Of a DNA stretch of 64,000 nt, positions 29,377 through 40,021 are shown one piece after another. Origin of the DNA: Macrostomum lignano (lineage: Eukaryota); NCBI GenBank assembly GCA_002269645.1, contig NIVC01002865.1:1-64000 (forward strand), given 5' to 3'. How positions within the stretch are numbered: the first letter of the stretch is position 1; each line of letters starts with the position of its first letter. The translations under genes and the position numbers were made by a program. The notes below the pieces were generated by a model. That model saw only the letters and a list, made by a program, of their open reading frames with translations, made no database searches and was not told the origin of the DNA.

Positions 29377-30481
29377 AAGACAGAGACCAAACTGGAAAAC
29401 ATCGAAGAACGACAGTCCATCGACTGGAACAGCCTACTGGCTATGAAGAATCGCGATTGGGAGTGACCAATTCAATATAAACAAACTGAATATGATACTG
29501 TCAGTCATGTAGTGTGTGACATAGTGACACGATGAACTTTGCTATAGGTTGCATGCACTGTAGTGTTGACTCACTAGCAGTGGAGTTGTTATTGATCGGC
29601 TTAGAGATTGTATTTTATTCCACCCCACCCCATGCGCGCGTTTGAATCTGTCTGCACCCACCACCTCAGTGCTAATAATAAATGTTAACAGCCTAGCTCT
29701 CAAGCGAGCACCTTTTACTCACTCCTGCAATTCCACACTTCTGCCTCGCTTAACAAAGTTATCACATGGTGTAAACTTGAAAATGTAATAAAATAACACC
29801 GGTATATTTTTGTAGTCGTTTTAAACGTACTGACAAGCAATGGATAGAGCTCTAGATGTTTGTTTTCTATGCTTGTGTGTGACTGGTTTGTCAATATGTT
29901 TAAAGACCCAATTTCGATTGACCTTAAATTAGCAAAAAAATTGTCTCGAGGTGGCCTAAATCAGATTATCAACTAAAATTCAGGAAAATTGCATGCAACT
30001 AAAGACTTTCGAACGCACGGACAAAATTGGAGCAAAATTAGTGCTCCACCTGTCTTCTCAATGTACCTTTTTCTCAGTCGGATAGATAAACGAGTTGTCT
30101 ATGGCCAAAACTACAAAGTAGAAAGCAAGAAATAGTCTATGGTAGATGGCTTGGGGCCTTGGGGGTCTCCGCGGCCCAGTGAGCACCTCAAGGGACTACA
30201 GCTCGCTGTGTGAGAGTTCCTCCGTCCGCCATTGACAAATTCGGAGATCTAGGCTATAGAAACATCCAATTTTTGGACTTCTTCTCCTTAGCGACCTCCG
30301 GCTCATGAATTTCTCAGAAAAACCCCGAGTCGAACCGAGTACTTTTACGTCTTCTGCATGTATTTATTTCTTAGTTCTACATATTGGTTGAGTTGCTCTG
30401 TTACATCTTTTGTTTACGTTAAGCAAAATAAAAAACATTACTAAAGTGCACAGTGTACTACTTCGTGGGATGTCTTTCAAT

Positions 30482-33400
30482 TCACTGACGTGGCTTGGCA
30501 TTTGGATTAATGGTGGCGTCAACTCCTAGCGTGGACAGAAAGCTTCTCTCGGGTTCTTTCGCCTTCTCGGCCTCGTAGTTTCGAATATCTTTCAGGTGCT
30601 CCGCCAGCGCTGAGCGGGCAACTTTGTAGCCAGGCCTGAGGTCCAGGAAGTTGAACAGCATATCGTCTAACGGGTCCTCGTCTTCGATCTCTTCTGCGTC
30701 CACTTCAACCTGGGGTTGAAAGTGAAATATGTTTACTTCGTTGTGCTATCGGAATTATAGTTGCGGTACAGCAACTTGAAGGTTTGGGCTAACTCCGAAC
30801 TATCTGCTTTTTTATCTGCATTTAATAAATCAAATTAGTATTAATAGAATAATAAATCAATTTTCAGAAATAATTGATTACACCTTCCTCAATGTGCAAC
30901 CGACAGCTCAGCCGCAGCTATTGCGCGGAGCATCTGAAGGCTGCGTACGGCTGTTCAGTCCAAGAACTGGGGGGTCGCCACACACCCTCAGTTACCCCAG
31001 TGCAGCTAATGCTGGCACCCAGTTTACAGCTGAGTGAACTGAAGCAATGCAGAGTTAGTGTTGCTCAAGGATAAAAATTTTAGTAAGTGGGTCGGGAATC
31101 GAACCCCCGACCTTTCAGTCGTGAGTCCGACGCTCTGACCACTAAGCTACGAGTAGAAACGCCTTTCAACAGATTCCAACAATACGAAATGTTTATGGTT
31201 CTTGTGAAGCATTGTGTACTTTAGATAGCCTCTCACAAAAACAGAGGTCAACTCCCTTGGCACTTCATCACAGTTCTTTTAAAGTTTAATTTTTGTAACA
31301 TGCTGAAAATCATTTAGTTGAAATATCCTGCTAAAAATACTATACCTTGTGCTCATTTTCCAATAAAGCTACTGCCAGTTATGAACAATTTTATCAGTTT
31401 TAAACCTAGACGGGTTCCCTTGTCAAGTCAAATAGGTTCTTAAGGCACTTACATCGTCCATCTTGAGTCCGCAGTGCGGGCAGCTCTCCCTGAGCTTAAC
31501 CAATCCTTTTCTGTCTGTGTAGTGGGCGCACGGCGCGCAGATGCTGTTTTGGCACGAGTCGCAGACGGTGAAAAATTCGTTAAAATTTGGCATCGACAAA
31601 TTTCCCCGAATACCGCATCGAATACAGCGGACTGTCGGCAGATTAAACAGAGATCTTAACAAGTCCATCCAACTATTTAAGCCCTCCTTCACGTAAGTGT
31701 TGAATAGAAATGATAAGCTGCTGTCGTCTTGCTCGAATTGAGACATTTTTAAAAGATCGCGATTGGATGGTAACAGCTCCCTGTCTGCCTGGATTTGGCG
31801 GCGAAGCCTGCAAGCGGTGGGATGCGGGTGGCGGCGGAGCTAAGAGTGTGATTAGGGTGGTGGGTATGGGGTGGCGGCGGAGCTAAGAGTGTGATTAGGG
31901 TGGTGGGTATGGGGTGGTGGCGGAGCCGAGAGTGTTATTATGGTGGTGGGTATGGGGTGGCGGCGGAGCTAAGAGTGTGATTAGGGTGGTGGGTATGGGG
32001 TGGTGGCGGAGCCGAGAGTGTTATTATGGTGGTGGGTATGGGGTGGCGGCGGAGCTAAGAGTGTGATTGGGGTGGTGGGTATGAGGTGGTGGCGGAGCCG
32101 AGAGTGTTATTGGGGTGGTGGGTATGGGGTGGCGGCGGAGCTAAGAGTGTGATTAGGGTGGTGGGTATGGGGTGGTGGCGGAGCCGAGAGTGTTATTGGG
32201 GTGGTGGGTTTGGATGGGCGGCGGAGCTCAGAGAGTGTGATTGGGGTGGTGGGTATGGGGTGGCGGCGGAGCCGAGAGTGTTAATGGGGTGGTGGGTATG
32301 GGGTGGCGGCGGAGCCGAGAGTGTGATTGGGGTGGAGGGTATGAGGTGGTGGCGGAGCCGAGAGTGTTATTGGGGTGGTGGGTTTGGATGGGCGGCGGAG
32401 CTAAGAGTGTGATTGGGGTGGTGGGTATGGGGTGGCGGCGGAGCCGAGAGTGTTTTTGGGTTGGTGGGTTTGGGGTGGCGGCGGAGCCGAGAGCGTGATT
32501 GGGGTGGTGGGTATGGGGTGGTGGCGAGGCCAAGAGTGTGATTGGGGTGTGGTGGGTTTGGGGTGGCGGCGGAGCCGAAAGTGTGATTGGGGTGCTGGGT
32601 TCGGGGTGGTGGCAGAGCTGAGAGTGTGATTGGGGTGGTGGGTTTGGGGTGGTGGCAGAACTGAGAGCGTGATTGGGGTGGTGGCTTGGTATCCCTCCAG
32701 AGCAAACATACCAGACGGCTCGTTGAACAGCCCTCGCCGGTTCCAGTTCCAGCATGATATGATGCCTGAGCTTCAAGAAGAACGGGCCAAACAGGGTGAG
32801 CAGAGTGTAAAGTAGCATTAGGCCTCCAATCAGAGCATCGAGTGCCCAATTGGGTTTAGTGGCTTTGGGTGAACAGGCCAATACGTTGATATCTAGGTTG
32901 ATCTCTCTCAGCGCTTTCTGTGAGCAAAGTACGAGAGTAAAATGCTGGATCTCTTTGAATCCATAATTTTGGCTGCGGAGAGTAGGTTTGAGTGTGTTAT
33001 TAGAGACTCACCTGCATGTGAATTATAATTGTCAGCAGCAGAGCCATAGGACTGGTCTCAGCCAGATCCTTTGCAGCCTTCAGCGTAAGTCTAGTATCAA
33101 TATTTCTCTCAATTTTAATCGCTCGATTCCATTTCTGTTCCATGAAATAGGCCATTGAATAAAAGATCCACTCAAGACCCATCACCAGGATGAAGGGCAC
33201 CAGACGGATTATCGTTAGCAGCAGGTCGGAGCCACCTAGTCGGTGAACTACATCGCTGATCATGCTCTCGGCCAGAATTGACACTCGGGTTTTCTCGTAC
33301 GCGTCTAGCGGCAGAAGGGGAGGCTCCAGTTCCTCTAGCCTGGGGAGAGAGAAGAAGTATACAAGGTAGAGGTAGGCAAGGTAGAGGTAGGCAAGTTAGA

Positions 33401-36400
33401 GGTAGCCAAGGTAGAGGTAGGCAAGGTAGAGGTAGGCAAGGTAGAGGTAGGCAAGGTAGAGGTAGGCAAGGTAGAGGTAGGCAAGGTAGAGGTAGGCAAG
33501 GTAGAGGTAGGCAAGGTAGAGGTAGGCAAGGTAGAGGTAGGCAAGGTAGAGGTAGGCAAGGTAGAGGTAGGCAAGGTAGAGGTAGGCAAGGTAGAGGTAG
33601 GCAAGGTAGAGGTAGGCAAGGTAGAGGTAGGCAAGCTAGAGGTAGGCAAGGTAAGAGGTAGGCAAGGTAGAGGTAGAAGAGGTAGAAGAGGTAGAGGTAG
33701 GCAAGGTAGAGGTAGGCAAGGTAGAGGTAGAAGAGGTAGAGGTAGGCAAGGTAGAGGTAGGCAAGGTAGAGGTAGGCAAGGTAGAGGTAGGCAAGGTAGA
33801 GGTAGGCAAGGTAGAGGTAGGCAAGGTAGAGGTAGGCAAGGTAGAGGTAGGCAAGGTAGAGGTAGGCAAGGTAGAGGTAGGCAAGCTAGAGGTAGGCAAG
33901 GTAAGAGGTAGGCAAGGTAGAGGTAGAAGAGGTAGAAGAGGTAGAGGTAGGCAAGGTAGAGGTAGGCAAGGTAGAGGTAGGCAAGGTAGAGGTAGGCAAG
34001 GTAGAGGTAGGCAAGGTAGAGGTAGGCAAGGTAGAGGTAGGCAAGGTAGAGGTAGGCAAGGTAGAGGTAGGCAAGGTAGAGGTAGGCAAGGTAGAGGTAG
34101 GCAAGGTAGAGGTAGGCAAGGTAGAGGTAGGCAAGGTAGAGGTAGGCAAGGTAGAGGTAGGCAAGGTAGAGGTAGGCAAGGTAGAGGTAGGCAAGGTAGA
34201 GGTAGGCAAGGTAGAGGTAGGCAAGGTAGAGGTAGGCAAGGTAGAGGTAGGCAAGGTAGAGGTAGGCAAGGTAGAGGTAGGCAAGGTAGAGGTAGGCAAG
34301 CTAGAGGTAGGCAAGGTAAGAGGTAGGCAAGGTAGAGGTAGAAGAGGTAGAAGAGGTAGAGGTAGGCAAGGTAGAGGTAGGCAAGGTAGAGGTAGAAGAG
34401 GTAGAGGTAGGCAAGGTAGAGGTAGGCAAGGTAGAGGTAGGCAAGGTAGAGGTAGGCAAGGTAGAGGTAGGCAAGGTAGAGGTAGGCAAGGTAGAGGTAG
34501 GCAAGGTAGAGGTAGGCAAGGTAGAGGTAGGCAAGGTAGAGGTAGGCAAGCTAGAGGTAGGCAAGGTAAGAGGTAGGCAAGGTAGAGGTAGAAGAGGTAG
34601 AAGAGGTAGAGGTAGGCAAGGTAGAGGTAGGCAAGGTAGAGGTAGGCAAGGTAGAGGTAGGCAAGGTAGAGGTAGGCAAGGTAGAGGTAGGCAAGGTAGA
34701 GGTAGGCAAGGTAGAGGTAGGCAAGGTAGAGGTAGGCAAGGTAGAGGTAGGCAAGGTAGAGGTAGGCAAGCTAGAGGTAGGCAAGCTAGAGGTAGGCAAT
34801 GTAGAGGTAGGCAAGGTAGAGGTAGAAGAGGTAGAGGTAGGCAAGGTAGAGGTAGGCAAGGTAGAGGTAGGCAAGGTAGAGGTAGGCAAGGTAGAGGTAG
34901 GCAAGCTAGAGGTAGGCAAGCTAGAGGTAGGCAATGTAGAGGTAGGCAAGGTAGAGGTAGAAGAGGTAGAGGTAGGCAAGGTAGAGGTAGAAGAGGTAGA
35001 TGTAGGCAAGGTAGAGGGAGAAGAAGTGGAGAAGAGGTCTATAAATCTTCAGCAATGGCAAGAGAAATCAAGGGAGAGTGGATCGAATTCATAGAGAAAT
35101 CAAGGGAGAGTGGATCGAATTCATAGAGAAATCAAGGGAGAGTGGATCGAATTCATAGAGAAATCAAGGGAGAGTGGATTGAATTCATAGAGAAATCAAG
35201 GGAGAGTGGATCGAATTCATAGAGAAATCAAGGGAGAGTGGATCGAATTCATAGAGAAATCAAGGGAGAGTGGATCGAATTCATAGAGAAATCAAGGGAC
35301 CACAGAGGCGCCCGTGTGTTACCTAAGAAACGGAGCCGTGACGAAGTTGTTCTCAAACTCGGCAACCCGCATGTACTTTTTGTAGAATGAGATGGACAGC
35401 AGCAGGGTGATGGAGAACACAGCCAGGGACAGTACGGAGCACACAATCTTGACAATTCTGCTGGCATGGCGATAAGTTCTTTTCACTTCTTTCGCTTTCT
35501 GGCCAACTGCCATCTGCATTTGATGCCTCATCTCGGCTAGCTGATGCGAGAACCCGCCGGTCATGGACACCACCACCCTGGTATCTGGTCCGATGGCGTC
35601 CTTGATTAGCTCGCGGATGGCTTTGATGTCGTTGAGTCTAACTAAAACGTTCTTCTGCCACCACTCAGTTACGACTTTGAACTTGGCTAAAAATATGAAA
35701 GTAGATATTTTTGTAATCACTTCTTAAGCTAATCAGTACCGTAAAGACGCTCATATTTTTCAAAAGAGATATGTGCTCTTTGAGCTGTGAGTGGTGGAAT
35801 TTTTTCTCTGCTCTAGAGAAAGCATAACCGAATTTGACTCCACCAATCACAGCTCTAGAGACTCTAGAGACAGCATAACCGAATTTTGCTCCACCAATCA
35901 CAGCTTTAGAGACTCTAGAGACAGCATAACCGAATTTTGACTCCACCAATCACAGCTCTAGAGACAGCATAACCAAAGTTGACTCCACCAATCACAGCTC
36001 TAGAGACAGCACAACCGAATTCGACTCCACCAATCACAGCTCTAGAGACAGCATAACCAAAGTTGACTCCACCAATCACAGCTCTAGAGACTCTAGAGAC
36101 AGCATAACCGAATTTGACTCCACCAATCACAGCTCTAGAGACAGCATAACCGAATTTGATTCCACCAATCACAGCTCTAGAGACAGCATAACCGAATTTG
36201 ACTCCACCAATCACAGCTCTAGAGACTCTAGAGACAGCACAACCGAATTTGATTCCACCAATCACAGCTCCAGAGACAGCATAACCGAATTTTACTCCAC
36301 CAATCACAGCTCCAGAGACAGCATAACCGAATTTGACTCCACCAATCACAGCTCTAGAGACAGCATAACCGAATTTGACTCCACCAATCACAGCTCTAAA

Positions 36401-38456
36401 GACAGCATAACCGAAGTTGACTCCACCAATCACAGCTCTAGAGACAGCATAACCGAATTTGACTCCACCAATCACAGCTCCAGAGACAGCATAACCGAAT
36501 TTGACTCCACCAATCACAGCTCTAGAGACAGCATAACCCAATCACAGCTCTAGAGACAGCATAACCCAATCACAGCTCTAGAGACAGCACAACCGGATCT
36601 GACAGGTAAATGGTACACAGGAGTTGCAACTGTATGCAAGCAAACATAAACAAACCTTCAATGATGGCTCTAGCTTTGGCTAGCAGTGGACAGATTTTAC
36701 TCGTGCCAATATCGTGGATAAAGTAGCCAATAGTAGGCTTGGCTATCGGAGTAGTGCCCGTGATAGAGCGCACTAAATTCACCAGCGAGCTGACCATCTG
36801 CACTAAGCCACCAAGGACGCGATGCCGACGAAATCTTTTAGCCAGAACGCGAGTCAACCTGGCACAGGAGCCGTAAAAACTCACCCTTGGTCGCAATTTG
36901 CCTAACATTTTTCCTACTTTCTTTAAAAGTCGCCCCAAAGCTTTACCAAGCTTGTCCAAGGAAATGTAGATTGAGTGTACAATTCGATAGAATATTTCGG
37001 CCACCAGCTGCATAGCGGATATCAACAGACGGACCGGGATGAGAAACAGGCTAACCACGTTTTTGCCGTGAAGCGATTTGACCACGCTCACAATGTCGAA
37101 AAATTGCTCATGCAGACAAGACTGTGAAAGTTTGAAAAGTTTGAAAAGTACATTGAAGTAACAGTGCCTTTTAGCGATAGACACTGGCTCAGAATGTGCT
37201 TTTTCTCAACCCCAGTCTCCGATGCTTATCGCGTGTTTTGGCCCAATCTCCACCCCTCATTTATTCACCCCCAGTCCCCGATGCTTATCGCGTGTTTTGG
37301 CCCCAACCCCCACCCCTCATTTATTCACCCCCAGTCCCCGATGCTTATCGCGTGTTTTGGCCCAACCCCCACCCCTCATTTATTCACCCCCAGTCCCCGA
37401 TGCTTATCACGTGTTTTGGCCCCAACCCCCACCCCTCATTTATTCACCCCCAGTCCCCGATGCTTATCACGTGTTTTGGCCCCAACCCCCACCCCTCATT
37501 TATTTACTCCAGTCCCCGATGCTTGTCGCGTATTTCGGCCCAACCCCATCCCTCATTTATTCACTCCAGTCCCCGATGCTTATCGCGTATATGCCTAAAA
37601 CTACACCACCGCAATAAAATTACGAATTGAGCTTAAATGCATACTTTTGAGGCAGAAATGGAGTCCATGTTGCTTCTCAGATTGGTTGCCGGACCGGAAG
37701 CGAGCAAAACCAGACAGCCAATTAGCAGCGCGTTGCGCAGGGCCCCCCTAGCCATGGACGGAATCATCAGAAAGGTGACGGCTCTGGTTGCTGACGAGTA
37801 GGAAAGCAGCAGAGTTAGCACGGTACTAATTATGCAGGTGACAATCACGCGAACCCGCAGGTCAAGGTCCATGAGGTAGGTGGCCATGAGGTAGAAGACC
37901 AAGCTAAGGACTAATGAAGCGATTAAGCTGCGAATGGTGTCTTTCGCCTTCTCCCAGCTCTATAAAGGGGTGCAATTACAAGTATTGTTTTCTTTCTGAC
38001 AGTCAGTATCAGTGTTGCAGTGTCGCAGTGGCCCAGTGTCTCACGATCAGTGTCTCAGCGTCTCAGTGTCTCAATGTCTCAGTGTCCCAGTTGTCCCAGT
38101 GTCCAAGTGTCTCAGTATCTCAGTGTCGACTAAGAGTCTTGGTTTCCGAATATCTGACTTACATAGCAGTGTCTGCCATAAAAAACCCAATACAAGAATA
38201 GCGCACTAACCTTGTACTCGAAGAAGTCAAAGTAGAATATCTCCACCTCCTTCATGTACAGTCCTTCAAGTGTGAGCTCGTTAAGCGGTTTCACCCCGGA
38301 ACGCAGCATCTTCGCCCAGTGCATGAAGTTTAGAATAGCCGTATAGCAGGCCACAAATAGTTTAATTATGGCTACCAGAGGCGATGAAGTGGCCCGTTTA
38401 TTCTCCAGCATCTGCCTGCCCGTCTTGTGCAGTCCAGGCCTGTTCATGGACTGCAT
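30482..38456 (-). CDS. DCST1/DCST2: DC-STAMP domain protein (DCST1/DCST2; spe-42/sneaky-like), 8 exons, about 857 aa
   Basis: Exons: 38456-38211, 37959-37645, 37187-36656, 35686-35323, 33339-33012, 32917-32712, 31807-31453 and 30709-30482, with consistent phases. Motifs: L..SGP..N, Y...EFENNFVT..F, LLPL...EK, C.P....P, F.LKLRH.I and a C-terminal 8-Cys RING-like domain. The start codon and the exon 3 acceptor are less certain, and the paralog is not resolved. Confidence 0.85.
31087..31156 (-). pseudogene. tRNA-like sequence (tRNA pseudogene or SINE head; CAC in loop position)
   Basis: A-box TAGCTTAGTGG and B-box GGTTCGATTCCC are present, but the acceptor and anticodon stems pair poorly. It lies in DCST intron 7. 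Confidence 0.7.
31828..32690. repeat. 43-45-bp G-rich minisatellite, about 20 copies
   Basis: Direct reading; DCST intron 6. Confidence 0.95.
33360..35020. repeat. 15-bp (GGTAGAGGTAGGCAA)n array with higher-order blocks
   Basis: Direct reading; DCST intron 4. Confidence 0.97.
35062..35298. repeat. 32-bp minisatellite, about 7 copies (GAGAAATCAAGGGAGAGTGGATCGAATTCATA)
   Basis: Direct reading. Confidence 0.95.
35810..36595. repeat. 42-bp minisatellite, about 18 copies
   Basis: Direct reading; DCST intron 3. Confidence 0.95.
37210..37590. repeat. 59-60-bp minisatellite, about 6 copies
   Basis: Direct reading; DCST intron 2. Confidence 0.93.
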
Positions 38457-38747
38457 CCTGACGGATGGGTGCGTCCGCGGACTCAATCAGCAGCAAGTTG
38501 ATCGAATTAATTCGTGACAATTCCCATATAGGCTTAGTTAGAGATTATCTGAAAGCTATTATCTCTCGATGAACACGCCGAGAGATCTCCATGAGGCTCT
38601 CTCACGATAAAATTCGGCATGATGGCGAGGCCATAAACTATACTTTTAAGAGACGCGATATGGGCTTAGAAACTACTAATTGATGGCAACTTCTATTTTC
38701 TTTCCCAGGCATGATTCAGGGAAAGAAAATTTGCAGTAGGTAGGTTT

Positions 38748-38885
38748 TGAGACGCTGAGACACTGATCGTGAGACACTGGGCCACTGAGACACTGCAACA
38801 CTGATACTAGCTGTCAGAAAGAAAATAATACTTGTACAGTAATTGCACCCCTTTACAGAGCTGGGAGAAGGCGAAAGACACCATT
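38748..38885 (+). repeat. Inverted duplicate of DCST intron1/exon2 junction (37933-38065)
   Basis: It is a near-identical reverse complement that includes the splice acceptor and the first about 27 nt of exon 2. Confidence 0.9.
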
Positions 38886-38938
38886 TACAGTAGGTTCATA
38901 CTGTAAAAGATAATTTACAGTATGAACCTATGAGCCAT

Positions 38939-39292
38939 TTTTTTAGAGGCAGGGGAGTTGTGTGCACCCTGGCGCACTTTAAGCGACATAGGCACACAAC
39001 CGGCGAGAGGCATTACTGCCCATTCCGCCGACTCCCCTGAGCACAAGCGCGCGGATAAGTACGCAGGCACACACTCACACAGGAGTGTACAGCGGCCCTA
39101 ACTTTATATTATCGTTAGGCATGTACACTTCACTGCGCCTTAGGGGGTTGGCTCTCAAGGCCGTTAATTGCACGAGCAGAGCCAAGCCGAGATTCCAGTT
39201 CAGCCCCAAATTAATGTGACTGCACTTGGAATCGAGCCTGGGTCGCTGGCACACCAGAGCAGCTGCGCTACCGCTGGGCTACGGCCCCTCTT
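38939..39292 (-). mobile_element. Full-length tRNA-derived SINE, about 350 bp
   Basis: The 5' head has A-box TAGCCCAGCGG and B-box GGCTCGATTCCA, and there is a short A tail. A 14-bp TSD AACCTATGAGCCAT lies at 38925-38938 and 39293-39306. Confidence 0.9.
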
Positions 39293-40021
39293 AACCTATG
39301 AGCCATAAGAAAATGCTCATAAGTTTAGGAACGGGGATAAGCTGGGGCACCTGGACGTGTCACCTGGTCGTGTCACCTGGTCGAGTCACCTGGCCGAGGC
39401 TGGACGGCACCGACAGGACCCAATGTGAGCCATGGAGCGAGGGGACCAAACTTATGAAGTATAGGCCCAACGTTGCGGACGCTAGCCTTTGTCTAAGACA
39501 CCCAACGAAGCTCGGCTCGCGCCATCAGCAGCAGCAGCATCAACGATCGCAGCAGTACGCACACTACAATGAGCCGATCAGCACAGGACAGCAAGACCAG
39601 TTCAGCAGGAGTTCATTGTGCTTCCCACGCTTAATTACAGTTTGCACAAGTGAAAGTTTAAAAAGTTCAGCCGGCTGAAATTCGCTTGCACTAAGAACGT
39701 CTGGTTCTCACAAAAACTACTAAGATCAGCGCCCAACAAGATCTGCGACATCAACACTGCTGCAACACTGGTGGAGCCGCCGAATGACTCACAACGGCCG
39801 GGTTCGATCTCGCTGTTCACATGAAACTGGCATTGCAGGCATCCAAACTTTCACACCAAAAATAATTCCCAGACTTTCTTGCTATTGCGTTGCGCTCGAA
39901 CTCTCTTGCGTCTATTGCTATTGGTTTGAAATAACGGTGACTGAGGCAGATTTTGTTATATAAATATAAGCGCGGAAAATTAGAAAATTTCCAACATGCG
40001 ATCGACCAAAACTGCATGGCG

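Noticed and set aside
31087-31156. Functional tRNA-Val(CAC)
   Set aside because: The acceptor and anticodon stems do not pair properly.
39298-39830. ORFs and GC-rich coding-like DNA upstream of DCST as a DCST partner gene
   Set aside because: There are no DC-STAMP motifs and no coherent exon chain.
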